Position numbers and translations under genes: made by a program. DNA of 64,000 bases from the NCBI GenBank assembly GCA_044224875.1, contig JBGAJQ010000003.1:47529-111528 (forward strand), read 5' to 3'. Below the pieces are notes generated by a model. That model did no database searches and was not told where the DNA came from. It saw only the letters and a list, made by a program, of their open reading frames with translations. Positions 10,699-20,162 of the stretch are shown piece by piece. Origin of the DNA: Gemmatimonadaceae bacterium. GTDB taxonomy: Bacteria; Gemmatimonadota; Gemmatimonadetes; Gemmatimonadales; Gemmatimonadaceae. Numbering within the stretch: position 1 is the stretch's first letter; each line of letters starts with the position of its first letter.

Positions 10699-10926
10699 GG
10701 TCTGTGACGTCGTGTAGGATGTGCGCGCACTTGGGCTTACGTGGCGCGGCCAGCTCGCTTTCGTGGCCACCGCAGATTCTGCCGATCGCACCATGAAACT
10801 GCAACGGTGGGTTCAGCCGCCGAGACTCTCGATTGGGCCGCGGCGCCTAGGCAAACGTCCCCAAGCGACGCAATTCGCGCCTTAATCTGGCAGGCACGTT
10901 CCCTGCGAGTCCTGACAAAGCGCCCT

Positions 10927-10973
10927 CTCCGCAACGATTTGCGGAGTTGCAACTCTGGTGGCACAGGCGTCGC
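10927..10973 (+). promoter_or_regulatory. Palindromes plus a possible sigma-54 -24/-12 element upstream of the STAS gene
   Basis: CTCCGCAA-cgat-TTGCGGAG (10927-10946), GAGTTGCAACTC (10944-10955), TGGCAC-aggcg-TCGC (10959-10973; GG-N10-GC spacing). Confidence 0.3.
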
Positions 10974-11018
10974 CACTTGGCAGCTGGGAATGGCCATTCA
11001 ACGGGAGAGTGTGCCGAG

Positions 11019-11318
11019 ATGACGGATTCACTGGTGGTGGCGGCTCCAACCGCGCTAACCGCGCAAACGCGCGTTGAGTTTCGTAGTGCCGCACTCGATT
11101 GTCTGGAGCGAGCCGGCGACACGCCGGGGGGCGCCCTGACGATCGATATGTCGGAGACGCACGACATTGATGCATGTGGCCTCGGCATTTTGGTCATGGT
11201 TACCAAGCGCGCGCGGGAGCGTGGGCTGGCTACGCGGCTCTTCCGACCAAACGATGACGTGCGCTCGCTTCTCCAAACCACACGACTCGAGCCTCTCTTT
11301 CAGTTTCGAAGCGAGTAG
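11019..11318 (+). CDS. STAS-domain protein (anti-sigma factor antagonist-like)
   Basis: TIDMSETHDIDACGLGILV matches the D-x-S...IDSxGLG motif; VRSLLQTTRLEPLF C-terminus. Confidence 0.8.
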   Translation: MTDSLVVAAPTALTAQTRVEFRSAALDCLERAGDTPGGALTIDMSETHDIDACGLGILVMVTKRARERGLATRLFRPNDDVRSLLQTTRLEPLFQFRSE

Positions 11319-11442
11319 GCGATCATGCGCGGGTGCGCCTTCGGGCCCGCCAGCTGAGGCGAGACCCTCCGCCGGCCTTTGACACAGGCGGGCCCCGCGT
11401 GCGTAAGGCCCTACAGCGTCACTCGACAAGCGGAGGGGATCG

Positions 11443-11721
11443 ATGGATAAGAACACAGCGATCGTGGCATTCGCGGGCATCGTTGTCGGCGGCTTGATTG
11501 TGCTGACTATTCTCAAGGCCATTCTTCCCAGCCTCACGCGTCGTCCGCCTGGGGCACTGAGCGGAAGCGATGCACTGTCCGGGCTAGCCGACCGCCTGGA
11601 CCGGATGGAGGGCGCGATCGACGCCATGGCCGTGGAAGTCGAGCGAGTAGCCGAGGGGCAGCGTTACACCACCAAGTTGTTGTCGGAGCGCGTGGCAGAA
11701 CACGTGGAGCGAGTCCGATGA
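11443..11721 (+). CDS. Small single-TM coiled-coil protein
   Basis: RBS ggagg; TM helix then RLDRMEGAIDAMAVEVERVAEGQR. Confidence 0.75.
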   Translation: MDKNTAIVAFAGIVVGGLIVLTILKAILPSLTRRPPGALSGSDALSGLADRLDRMEGAIDAMAVEVERVAEGQRYTTKLLSERVAEHVERVR

Positions 11722-11981
11722 TCATGCTGTTTGTCGGCTTGGTCGTCCTGTTGGTCGTTCCACCCACCGTGTGGTGGAGTGTCACGCACGTCGTGCCGCG
11801 CGTGCTCGAGTCGATGGGACTGCTGGGCAAGGCCGAGCTGCAAGCGCAGGAGGCTCGGTTGGCGCGCATGGAGGAGGCGATTGACGCGCTGGTCCTTCAG
11901 GTCGATCAGCTGTCTCAGTCCCAGCGGGCGATTGCGCCGGCGCAGCGTGAGCAGATGGAGCGAAACCCCGAGTTACGTTAG
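11718..11981 (+). CDS. Small single-TM coiled-coil protein, paralog-like to the upstream gene
   Basis: ATGA overlap; RLARMEEAIDALVLQVDQLSQSQR. Confidence 0.7.
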   Translation: MIMLFVGLVVLLVVPPTVWWSVTHVVPRVLESMGLLGKAELQAQEARLARMEEAIDALVLQVDQLSQSQRAIAPAQREQMERNPELR

Positions 11982-12008
11982 GTTGCGGCGGACGCTTCCC
12001 GACACCAC

Positions 12009-12551
12009 ATGATCCATCCTTGGCACGACCTGCCGCCCGGGGCCCATCCTCCGGACGAAGTCACCGCGATCATCGAGATCCCACGCGGCAGTCGCAACAA
12101 ATATGAGCTGGACAAGAAATCCGGGCTGTTGAAACTGGACCGCGTGCTGTATTCGGCCGTGCACTATCCGGGAGACTACGGCTTCATTCCGCGCACGCTG
12201 CACGAGGATGGAGATCCGTTGGATATCCTGGTCCGCATCAACGAGCCGACGTTTCCCGGGTGCCAGATCAGCGCCCGGCCGATTGGCGTGTTGAAGATGC
12301 TGGACCGCGGTGAACCTGACGACAAGGTGCTCGCGGTCCCATCCCACGATCCGATCCAGCAGGAATACTTCGACATTGCCGACATCCCGCGCCATTTCCT
12401 GAACGAGGTCGAGCACTTCTTCCTGATCTACAAGGACTTGGAAGGGAAGCGCATGCAGATCCTCGGCTGGGAAAAGAGCGAGGTGGCGATGCAGGTGATC
12501 CAGGAATCGGTCGCTCGGTACGAAGCCGAATTCCTCGCGACGGGGCCGTAG
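12009..12551 (+). CDS. ppa: Inorganic pyrophosphatase (family I)
   Basis: HPWHD, EIPRGSRNKYELDK, DGDPLD, DDK motifs. Confidence 0.96.
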   Translation: MIHPWHDLPPGAHPPDEVTAIIEIPRGSRNKYELDKKSGLLKLDRVLYSAVHYPGDYGFIPRTLHEDGDPLDILVRINEPTFPGCQISARPIGVLKMLDRGEPDDKVLAVPSHDPIQQEYFDIADIPRHFLNEVEHFFLIYKDLEGKRMQILGWEKSEVAMQVIQESVARYEAEFLATGP

Positions 12552-12711
12552 CGGGCGTGGGCGCTCGACGGCTTACCGTAGTGGCCGGCGGACGCGGTAC
12601 GGCGCGCGGCGATCTTCCCTCATTTCGTTCATAACACCGGCTCGACCTCCGCCGGGCGAATACGCGGGATAGCGAACACCTCTCTTCGTTCGCCGCGCGG
12701 TCACCAGGTCG

Positions 12712-13395
12712 TCAGGTCGTGGCGCGCTTGTCGATGAGCACGAACTCCCACAACAGGGCCGCCACGGCGGCGCCGAGGATCGGGCCGATCCAGTAGATCA
12801 TGTGGCCTTCCCAAACGCCCGAGACCAGGGCAGGTCCGAACGAGCGCGCCGGGTTCATGGAGGCGCCGGTGAGTGGACCAATGGCCAGGATATCGGCAGC
12901 GATCGTTAGGCCTATGGCAAGCCCCGCCAGTCGCGGCGCCTTTCCGGTGACGGCCGTTCCGTAGATCACGAACATCAGGAAGAAGGTCGCGATCGCCTCG
13001 AGGGCGATGGCGTGACCGGTGGTGACGTCCAGGGCCACCGCCTGGCCGCCGGCCCGCGAGGCCTGCACCAACGCTGCCGGGAAGGTGGCCTTGAGCGTCC
13101 AGGCGGCGAGGGACGCGCCAACCAGCTGCCCGGCGACGTGGATTGCGCCGAGCACCGGCGCGAGCCGCCTCGTCAGGATCAACCCAATGGAGATCGCCGG
13201 ATTGAGCTGGCCGCCCGACACCTGCATCGTGGCCGACACCATGAGACCGAGGGCCAGGCCATGGGCCAGGGCGACGGAGAGCAGGCCGGCCGACGAGTTC
13301 GTCTGTTGTGCCATCATGATGGCGCCCCCGCCGATGAACACGAGGGTGAACGTCCCGACCAACTCGGCGAAGAAATTCCGGGCGGATCCAGGCAT
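12712..13395 (-). CDS. MIP/aquaporin family channel
   Basis: Two NPA motifs (SGGQLNPA, GASMNPARSFGP); start at MPGSARNFFAE. Confidence 0.93.
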   Translation of the reverse strand: MPGSARNFFAELVGTFTLVFIGGGAIMMAQQTNSSAGLLSVALAHGLALGLMVSATMQVSGGQLNPAISIGLILTRRLAPVLGAIHVAGQLVGASLAAWTLKATFPAALVQASRAGGQAVALDVTTGHAIALEAIATFFLMFVIYGTAVTGKAPRLAGLAIGLTIAADILAIGPLTGASMNPARSFGPALVSGVWEGHMIYWIGPILGAAVAALLWEFVLIDKRATT

Positions 13396-13708
13396 GGGTG
13401 CTCCAGAGGCGGGAGTAAGGTTGGCAGCCCGAGCGGCGCGAAGGTAGGATTGTTCGGTGCGCCCAGCAAGGCTTTGCGGAACGTTTCGTCCCGCCGATCG
13501 TCTGGATGGGGCGTGTGTCGGGGGCGCGTCAGTGCGGGCAAGGCCAACGGCGACAGGATGTTGGCTCGCCACACACGTGACGCACCGCACCAACACGGCG
13601 GGTGCGACCGGTTGCCTTAACACCTCGGCGTATGGCGCGTCATATCTCGACAAGCGGCTGCAACGGTGTCAGCAGCTACAACGATGCTCTCTACGGGAGG
13701 AATTCCAT

Positions 13709-14107
13709 ATGAACATTCGGATGCTCGTCACCGCGTGTGTCTTCACCGCCGTGACCGCCGCGGTTGCGGCTCCGGCTGGCGCGCAGGTCGATACGCGCAA
13801 GGACACGGCGCAGTACCTCGCTGGGAAGGCGCAGAAGCGGCACGGCAAGCGCCTCGAGGCACGCGGTGAGCACAAGGAGCGTGTCGGCGATAAGCTGGAA
13901 GCCAAGGGCGAGCGGCTCGAGCGTCGCAGCGACAAGCTGGACGATGCGGGCCATGAGAAGGCCGCCGAGCGCCTGGAGAACAAGGGGGAGCGTCTGGAGG
14001 CCCGCGGCGAGCACAAGGAGCGGGTAGGCGATCGGATGGAAAACCGCGGGGAGAGACAACAGCGCAAGGGACAGCGCAAGATCGATCGCGCGAAGAAGCC
14101 GAATTAA
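13709..14107 (+). CDS. Secreted, highly charged repeat protein
   Basis: RBS ggagg; signal peptide ending AGA-Q; 7-residue periodic K/R-G-E-R/H-L/K-E repeats. Confidence 0.8.
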   Translation: MNIRMLVTACVFTAVTAAVAAPAGAQVDTRKDTAQYLAGKAQKRHGKRLEARGEHKERVGDKLEAKGERLERRSDKLDDAGHEKAAERLENKGERLEARGEHKERVGDRMENRGERQQRKGQRKIDRAKKPN

Positions 14108-14124
14108 GGCACGTTCTCAGCAAG

Positions 14125-14155
14125 GAGCGGCCGGCCAACGGATGGCCGGCCGCTC
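14125..14155. terminator. Strong hairpin between convergent genes
   Basis: GAGCGGCCGGCCA-acgga-TGGCCGGCCGCTC. Confidence 0.6.
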
Positions 14156-14172
14156 GCATTTCCGGGGCCGAG

Positions 14173-15411
14173 TCAGTCGCCGCGGCGCATAACGAGTGCG
14201 GCATTGATGCCGCCAAAGCCGAACGAGTTGGAGATCACGTGCTCCACGCGCGCCGGGCGACCGGTGTGGGGAACGAAGTCGAGGTCGCACATGGCGTCCG
14301 GGACGGTCAAGTTCACCGTTGGCGGAAGCCACTCGCGGTTTAGGGACAAGGCGCAGATTGCGGCCTCGATGGCGCCCGACGCACCCAGGGCGTGACCGTA
14401 ATAGCCCTTGGTGCCGCTTACCGGGATTCGGTAGGCGTGCTCACCGAGAACCTGCTTGATGGCTGTGGTTTCCGTGGGATCGTTCAGTGGGGTGGAGCTG
14501 CCGTGGGCATTGATGTAGCCCACCTCATGTGGCTGCAGCTGCGCGTCCGCCAGGGCCAGCCGCATGGCACGCGCGGCCTGCGACCCATCGGGGCGAGGCG
14601 CGGTCATGTGGTGCGCATCGTTGGTGCTGCCGAACCCCATCATTTCGGCGTAAATCCGGGCGCCGCGTGCCACCGCCCGCGCGCGTTCCTCGAGGATGAG
14701 CACCGCCGCTCCTTCACCCATCACGAAGCCGTCTCGATCCTTGTCGAATGGGCGCGAGGCGCTGGTGGGATCGTCATTACGCGTGGACATGGCGCGAATG
14801 AGCGCGAAGGCACCAAAACATAGCGGAGCGAGGGGTGCCTCGGACCCGCCGCAGATCATGACGTCGGCGTATCCGTCGCGCACCTGCCGGAAGGCGTCGC
14901 CGATGGCAATGGTTCCGGACGCACAGCTCATGGCGTTGGTGGAGTTGGGCCCAGTGACACCGCACTCGATCGCGATGTTGCAACTGGCGGCACCGCCAAA
15001 GACGGCGAGGGCCAGCGTGGCATCCACGGCGCGAATCCCATCGCGATAGAAGAGCACGTTCTGGGCCTCGCCGTAGGCCACGCCTCCCAGCGCCGTGCCC
15101 ATCATGGCGCCAATGCGATCCCGGTCCTCCTGGGCCAGGTCGATGCCGGCGTCCGCGAGTGCCTGCCGTGCGGCGACGACCGAGAACGCCCCAAAGCGAT
15201 CGAGGCGTTTGGCACGCTTTTCCTCCAGATGATCCGTCACCACAAAGTCCCGGACTTCCGCCGCATTGCGCGACCGAAAAAGCGACGGGTCGAAGCGTGT
15301 GACTTCACCAACGGCTGAGCGACCCTGTTGCAAGCCCGACCACATGGCTTCCTTGCCAACGCCAATGGGCGTGATGACGCCCAGGCCGGTTACGACGACT
15401 CGACGACGCAT
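14173..15411 (-). CDS. fabF: Beta-ketoacyl-ACP synthase II family ketosynthase
   Basis: RRVVVTGLG start; Cys-His-His triad (AMSCASG, NAHGSST, GHALGA); SNSFGFGG. Confidence 0.88.
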   Translation of the reverse strand: MRRRVVVTGLGVITPIGVGKEAMWSGLQQGRSAVGEVTRFDPSLFRSRNAAEVRDFVVTDHLEEKRAKRLDRFGAFSVVAARQALADAGIDLAQEDRDRIGAMMGTALGGVAYGEAQNVLFYRDGIRAVDATLALAVFGGAASCNIAIECGVTGPNSTNAMSCASGTIAIGDAFRQVRDGYADVMICGGSEAPLAPLCFGAFALIRAMSTRNDDPTSASRPFDKDRDGFVMGEGAAVLILEERARAVARGARIYAEMMGFGSTNDAHHMTAPRPDGSQAARAMRLALADAQLQPHEVGYINAHGSSTPLNDPTETTAIKQVLGEHAYRIPVSGTKGYYGHALGASGAIEAAICALSLNREWLPPTVNLTVPDAMCDLDFVPHTGRPARVEHVISNSFGFGGINAALVMRRGD

Positions 15412-15534
15412 GAATGTCCTGGTTGTTCTAACGCCGGACGCTGCGACAGGTCGAGTGGGGGGCGTCCGGGCGCGCGCGGAGTGACCCGAGGCAATCTATC
15501 GCAGGGTACCAAAGTGCGGTGAGGGGATGTCCGG

Positions 15535-16035
15535 CTATCGCTCAACCGTTCGAGCCAGACCCTCGAGGGTCCGCGAGGCGATGCCATGCACGAAGACGGG
15601 TCCAATGACCTCCGTCGCCGCAAAAACGCCGATCAAGGGCCAGCGCGGACCGTCCCAGACGTGCAGGAGCCTAACGTGAGTGCCGCCATTCGTGGGGGAA
15701 AAGCTCCACTCGACGTCCATGCCGGTGGTGATCCCGCCGATATGCCGAAAGCGAACGGCCGGGGCAGCGCGGTCGACCTGCATCTCCGACAGCCACCACG
15801 TGGGCCAGTTGACCAGCCCGAACGGGCGGTTGGCCGACATTTCCACCACTCCACCGCCATCCGTCGCACGTTCACGAAAGCGCACGAATCGATAATGCGC
15901 GAGGTATGCCGGCCACTGCTCAACGGCGGCGACGACATCGAAAATTGCCGCCACCGGTGCGCGCACGATGCGCTCGTCCAGCGTGTGCATGGCTCGGCCC
16001 ACTGGCATGGGCCCTAGGTCAAACGGTGGTCGCAT
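15535..16035 (-). CDS. SRPBCC/START-fold (polyketide cyclase/aromatase-like) protein
   Basis: IVRAPVAAIFDVVAAVEQWPAYL...VRFRHIGGITTGMDVEWSF pattern. Confidence 0.8.
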   Translation of the reverse strand: MRPPFDLGPMPVGRAMHTLDERIVRAPVAAIFDVVAAVEQWPAYLAHYRFVRFRERATDGGGVVEMSANRPFGLVNWPTWWLSEMQVDRAAPAVRFRHIGGITTGMDVEWSFSPTNGGTHVRLLHVWDGPRWPLIGVFAATEVIGPVFVHGIASRTLEGLARTVER

Positions 16036-16759
16036 GTGTTGAACGCACGTGATCCACGGTCGCGGCGTGCCGCTCCCAGCTGGCGGTCACGCGGAATCCC
16101 AGCCGGTGGTTGACGGTGGCACGAACGCCGATTGCCCGGTGAACGAGGTCTCGCAGCTCGTGGCGAGTGAACCCGCGCAAGACAGAGGTCATGCCGTCGT
16201 GTCGACTCACGGGGTGAAATCGCAAGGGGAAGGACACCCCCCACAGTCCAGCCACGGCAAGCCAGCTGCGACGCAGGTCGCTGATGATGACGGAGCGTCG
16301 GGCGACGCGATGCATTTCGCGCACCATCGTCAAGGCATCGGCGTCCTCGAAGTGGTGCAGGACTTGGGAGCAGCAGACGACATCCACGCTCCCATCGGCA
16401 AAGGGCAACGCGAGGGCGTTGGCGCACACCCCGAGTGGGATGCGATGCGTGGTCGTCGTGACGAGCTCGGGGATGCTGTCCAAGCCTAACGCGGAAAGAC
16501 GAATACCGCGTGCCGCGGCGAGTTCACGCGCCCGCTCCGGAATGTCACCAACGCCCGTACCCACGTCGAGCAGCGTCGCGTCGGCCGGCAGCTGCGGGAT
16601 CACGCGTTCGAGTTCGAGCAACACCGCCCGGATGGCACCGAAGAGTCGGTTGGAGAGTTGGATGTCGCGGTGGGATCGGCGGCGCACCGCAGGGTCGCAG
16701 CCGTGATCGTCGAGGACTTCGTATCCTCGCTGGCGTCGGGGCACCCACGGGCTGCCCAC
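16019..16759 (-). CDS. Class I SAM-dependent methyltransferase
   Basis: LLDVGTGVGD, LPFADGSVDVV, LHHF, DLRRS, HDGMTSVLRGFT. Confidence 0.88.
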   Translation of the reverse strand: MGSPWVPRRQRGYEVLDDHGCDPAVRRRSHRDIQLSNRLFGAIRAVLLELERVIPQLPADATLLDVGTGVGDIPERARELAAARGIRLSALGLDSIPELVTTTTHRIPLGVCANALALPFADGSVDVVCCSQVLHHFEDADALTMVREMHRVARRSVIISDLRRSWLAVAGLWGVSFPLRFHPVSRHDGMTSVLRGFTRHELRDLVHRAIGVRATVNHRLGFRVTASWERHAATVDHVRSTHATTV

Positions 16760-17239
16760 CTATCGCTCCAACTCCGCGTATCCGCCGCGATAGTAGAGCA
16801 GGGGCCGCAGCTCCTGCGTCACGGCTGTCTCCACCTCACCGACGAAGATGCCGTGGTCGCCGCCATCCAACTGCCTGACGAGTCGGCACTCCAAGTACGC
16901 CAGCACGTCGTCGAGGATAGGCGCGCCCGATGGCCCACGCGAAAACCCAATCCCTTCGAACCGTTCCTGTGCGTCGAGGTCCGAGAACCGCCGCGACAGG
17001 GCCTCTTGCGGCGAGGCGAGGATGTTGACCGTGAACTGCTGGGTGCGTCCCAGCACCTCGTGCATCGCTGCCTGACGATCGATGCAGCACAGCACGAGGG
17101 GCGGCGTCAGGCTCAGGGCGCTGAACGCGCTCACCGTCATCCCATAGTCGCGACCCTCGTCATCTCGCGTGGTGACCACCGTGACACCGGAGGCAAAGCG
17201 ACCGAGCACGCTACGAAAGGAGTCCGGATCAATCGACAT
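16760..17239 (-). CDS. Flavin reductase family protein
   Basis: FRSVLGRFASGVTVVT, SLTPPLV, GGDHGIFVGEV, PLLYYRGGY. Confidence 0.93.
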   Translation of the reverse strand: MSIDPDSFRSVLGRFASGVTVVTTRDDEGRDYGMTVSAFSALSLTPPLVLCCIDRQAAMHEVLGRTQQFTVNILASPQEALSRRFSDLDAQERFEGIGFSRGPSGAPILDDVLAYLECRLVRQLDGGDHGIFVGEVETAVTQELRPLLYYRGGYAELER

Positions 17240-17254
17240 GAGGGCAGGGCCGAG

Positions 17255-18568
17255 TCATGAGGAACGTGAAGCGATGGACGCTGGCGGACGATTGGAAGTG
17301 CGCGCATCGGCTTGTGTTGTCGCGCGACCACCCAGAAAGAGTCGCCAGAGAAAGGGCAGCCGCAAGACTTCCCGCGGAGGTACGAAGTCGCCGGCCACAC
17401 CGACGAGGAGGTCCGCCATGTCGGGACGGGCCCGCAGAGACTTGGCGACGCGGTTCAAGAGGGCGGGATACTCGACGGCCATGCCGATGAGCCGTTCTAC
17501 CCGCCACTTCCCCGTGAATTCGTGCACGCGCGCCCTGTCGTACGCCGCCAGGGCGACGTCGGCGGCGCGGGTTTGTGAGGCGCGTACGCTCTCGATGGCA
17601 TAGAACGAGAGCAGTTCCCCTCCGCGAAGGGCGGCGTAAATGCCCTCACCCGTGAAGGGGTCGTAGAAATCTGCCGCATCGCCAACGAGCGCGAGCCCGG
17701 GACGCCACGCGATGCGTGCCCGCGAGTTGAATGGACCAACGGCGAGCACGGAACCCACCGGTTGGGCATCGTGGAACCGAGTGGCAAGGTGAGGCAAGTC
17801 ATCGATCCACGCCTGCAGGAAACGCAGGGCGTGTCCACGGATCTCGTCTTTTCGAGCGGTCGGGACGACGACCGCCACGTTCACCAGCCCACCGCCGACG
17901 GGTGCAAGCCCGACGTATCCGCGGCCACGCGGCGCGACGTGCATTTCGCCGTGGGTCGTCATGCCGGCAATGCCTTCGAAGTGAGTGACGAGGGCGACGC
18001 GGTGTGGATGGCGACCGACGCGGATGAGTGCGGCGCGCCGCCCCACGATGCTTCGCAGCCCGTCAGCTCCTACTATCAGGTTGGCGCGCAGTTCCAGGGG
18101 GTGGCCCTCACGAGAGAGCGCGGCGACCCCGGTCACGCGTCCGCTCCCGTCGCGGAGGAGGTCCCGCACGGATGTGCGCTCCAACACACGGGCCCCGGCG
18201 GATCGCGCCGCGTCCAGCAGCGTCGCGTCGAGGAGGGTGCGCCGGAGGGCAAGCCCGCGGTCGCGGAAGCCGTGGAAGCCATGCTGTGCGGCGAACTCGC
18301 CGTGAATCGTACATCCATTGGGAGCGCGAATGTCCATTCCCGTCAGCTGGGCGGCACCCGACAGCTCCAACCGTTCGAGGACGCCCATCTCGTTCAGGAT
18401 ACGCGAGGCCTGTGGACTCAGGTACTCGGCGCACGGCTTGTCGCGAGGGAATTGCGCCCGGTCCACCAGCAGCACGTCCACGCCTGCCCGGGCCAGAAAG
18501 TACGCCGTGGCGCTCCCGGCCGGGCCACCACCGACCACGACGACCTGCGCCCGATGGTCGGCCGTCAT
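17255..18568 (-). CDS. FAD-dependent oxidoreductase (geranylgeranyl reductase-like family)
   Basis: VVGGGPAGS, FPRDKPCAE, VGADG, LVGDAADFYDPFTGEGI. Confidence 0.88.
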   Translation of the reverse strand: MTADHRAQVVVVGGGPAGSATAYFLARAGVDVLLVDRAQFPRDKPCAEYLSPQASRILNEMGVLERLELSGAAQLTGMDIRAPNGCTIHGEFAAQHGFHGFRDRGLALRRTLLDATLLDAARSAGARVLERTSVRDLLRDGSGRVTGVAALSREGHPLELRANLIVGADGLRSIVGRRAALIRVGRHPHRVALVTHFEGIAGMTTHGEMHVAPRGRGYVGLAPVGGGLVNVAVVVPTARKDEIRGHALRFLQAWIDDLPHLATRFHDAQPVGSVLAVGPFNSRARIAWRPGLALVGDAADFYDPFTGEGIYAALRGGELLSFYAIESVRASQTRAADVALAAYDRARVHEFTGKWRVERLIGMAVEYPALLNRVAKSLRARPDMADLLVGVAGDFVPPREVLRLPFLWRLFLGGRATTQADARTSNRPPASIASRSS

Positions 18569-19380
18569 CCGAGGGCGCGGCCCAATGCCATGGCCGCGAT
18601 GCCACCTAACGCGCCGCTCGTCAGGTTAACGAGGTCATTGCGAAGCCCGGAGAGCCCGCCGATGCGCGTGGTCACCGATCCACAGTCGTGTCGCACGCGC
18701 TCGGTCGGCGTGTCACAGTGCGGACAGTGGCGCCGCTCCTGCAGCGTGGCGCCGAGTAAGGAGTCGGCGAGGGCACCGGCGAGTCCTCCGCCTGCAGCCG
18801 CCGCGGCTACCATCGGAGGCAGACCGAGCAGGCGCGCCACGCCACCGATGACGCAGGCCCCGGCGATCGAAGCCGCTGAACCGGGAACGCTCACGGCGCC
18901 CGACGTGCCAGCTGCAACCACGCGTCCCGTCAGGATCAAACGCGGCCGTCCGCTGAGCGCGATGCCGACTTCAGTGCCCCACGTGTCGCTGGCTGCTGTC
19001 GCCAGGGCACCCGCACCAAGACACTGGATGAGCATCGTCGGCATGCTGCTATCGGTCATCGAGGGCATGACGCTGCCGACCATCGCCGCCACCGCGAATA
19101 CGCCGCCGTTGGCCAGCACCTGAACAGCATCGCGCGCCCCACCCTTTTCCACGATGGCGCCGGCGCGTTGCGACTTGATCCTGGCACGCCAGCGCGTGAG
19201 CAATGTGGAGGACAGGAAGAATACCATCAGCAGCGCCGCCCATGCCCAGCCGGCCGCGACGCTCAGTGTCCCAACCACCGCCGCTGCGACGGCGCCTCCG
19301 CGCGACAGCGAGCCGGCGCGCCACGCCACCCAAGCGACGGCCGTCGCAAGCAACACGCCAGCCAGCGCTCGTTGCATCAT
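18565..19380 (-). CDS. DUF92 (TMEM19-like) membrane protein
   Basis: KGGARDAVQVLANGG, AASDTWGTEVG, GTSGAVS, DSLLGATLQ, C-x2-C...H-x-C, NDLVN. Confidence 0.88.
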   Translation of the reverse strand: MMQRALAGVLLATAVAWVAWRAGSLSRGGAVAAAVVGTLSVAAGWAWAALLMVFFLSSTLLTRWRARIKSQRAGAIVEKGGARDAVQVLANGGVFAVAAMVGSVMPSMTDSSMPTMLIQCLGAGALATAASDTWGTEVGIALSGRPRLILTGRVVAAGTSGAVSVPGSAASIAGACVIGGVARLLGLPPMVAAAAAGGGLAGALADSLLGATLQERRHCPHCDTPTERVRHDCGSVTTRIGGLSGLRNDLVNLTSGALGGIAAMALGRALG

Positions 19381-19514
19381 GCGGAAACACTCCCGGAGGG
19401 ACGACAATCGTCGCGTTCGTCGAAGTTCACCCGCTGCGACGTCTACACGCAAGCGATTGTGCAGGAAGTCTCTGCTTGAACGTGATGGAGAGCACCGTTA
19501 GCTTCGCCTCAACA

Positions 19515-20159
19515 ATGAGCTCTGCCACGTCAGCTTCCGTCGATTCGCTTCTCCCCCTGTCGTTGCTCGAGGCCGTTCGCGACGTCGATTCCCCGATCGA
19601 GGATTTCGAAGCCGAGCTGGTGGGCGACCTCCGCAACAAGCGACTCGGCTTGAGCGACACGGTCTACATGCAGATCAAGCGGTACACCGAGGCGGTGAAG
19701 CGCAGTCAGCGGACCGCGCATGACGAGACGGTGGCCTTGGCCAAGCTGATTGGGCGCCGCACGGATGCCGAGGCAGTGTTTCGCGCAGCCGGGAAGTTCC
19801 TGGCAAGGGAGTCATACTCGACGATTTCCCCGCTGTCGCGCCGGCTGATGTTGACGTTGCCGTCCCTCTTCACTCGACCGATGGCGCTGCGTCACACACG
19901 CAAGCTGGCCCGGCGATATCTTGGGGGCCGAGTCTCGCGCGTTGGTACGTCGATCTATCTGGAGGTGGCGCACTCCGTCACGCAGGATGCGGCGTCGCGC
20001 TCGATCGGATGTTCGTACTACGAGGCGGGCCTCAAGGAGTTGTTGCGCTTGTTGGTCAATAGTGTCGGTGCGGTCGAGCACCATCGCTGTGCAACGCGCG
20101 GCGAAGGGACGTGTTCGTGGCGCGCCGAGTGGCGAGTTTCGCATACGCCGTCGGAGTAA
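19515..20159 (+). CDS. Hypothetical protein with a V4R-like C-terminus
   Basis: GCSYYEAGLKELL...VEHHRCATRGEGTCSW matches the V4R Cys pattern; start 19485 or 19515. Confidence 0.6.
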   Translation: MSSATSASVDSLLPLSLLEAVRDVDSPIEDFEAELVGDLRNKRLGLSDTVYMQIKRYTEAVKRSQRTAHDETVALAKLIGRRTDAEAVFRAAGKFLARESYSTISPLSRRLMLTLPSLFTRPMALRHTRKLARRYLGGRVSRVGTSIYLEVAHSVTQDAASRSIGCSYYEAGLKELLRLLVNSVGAVEHHRCATRGEGTCSWRAEWRVSHTPSE

Positions 20160-20162
20160 TCG

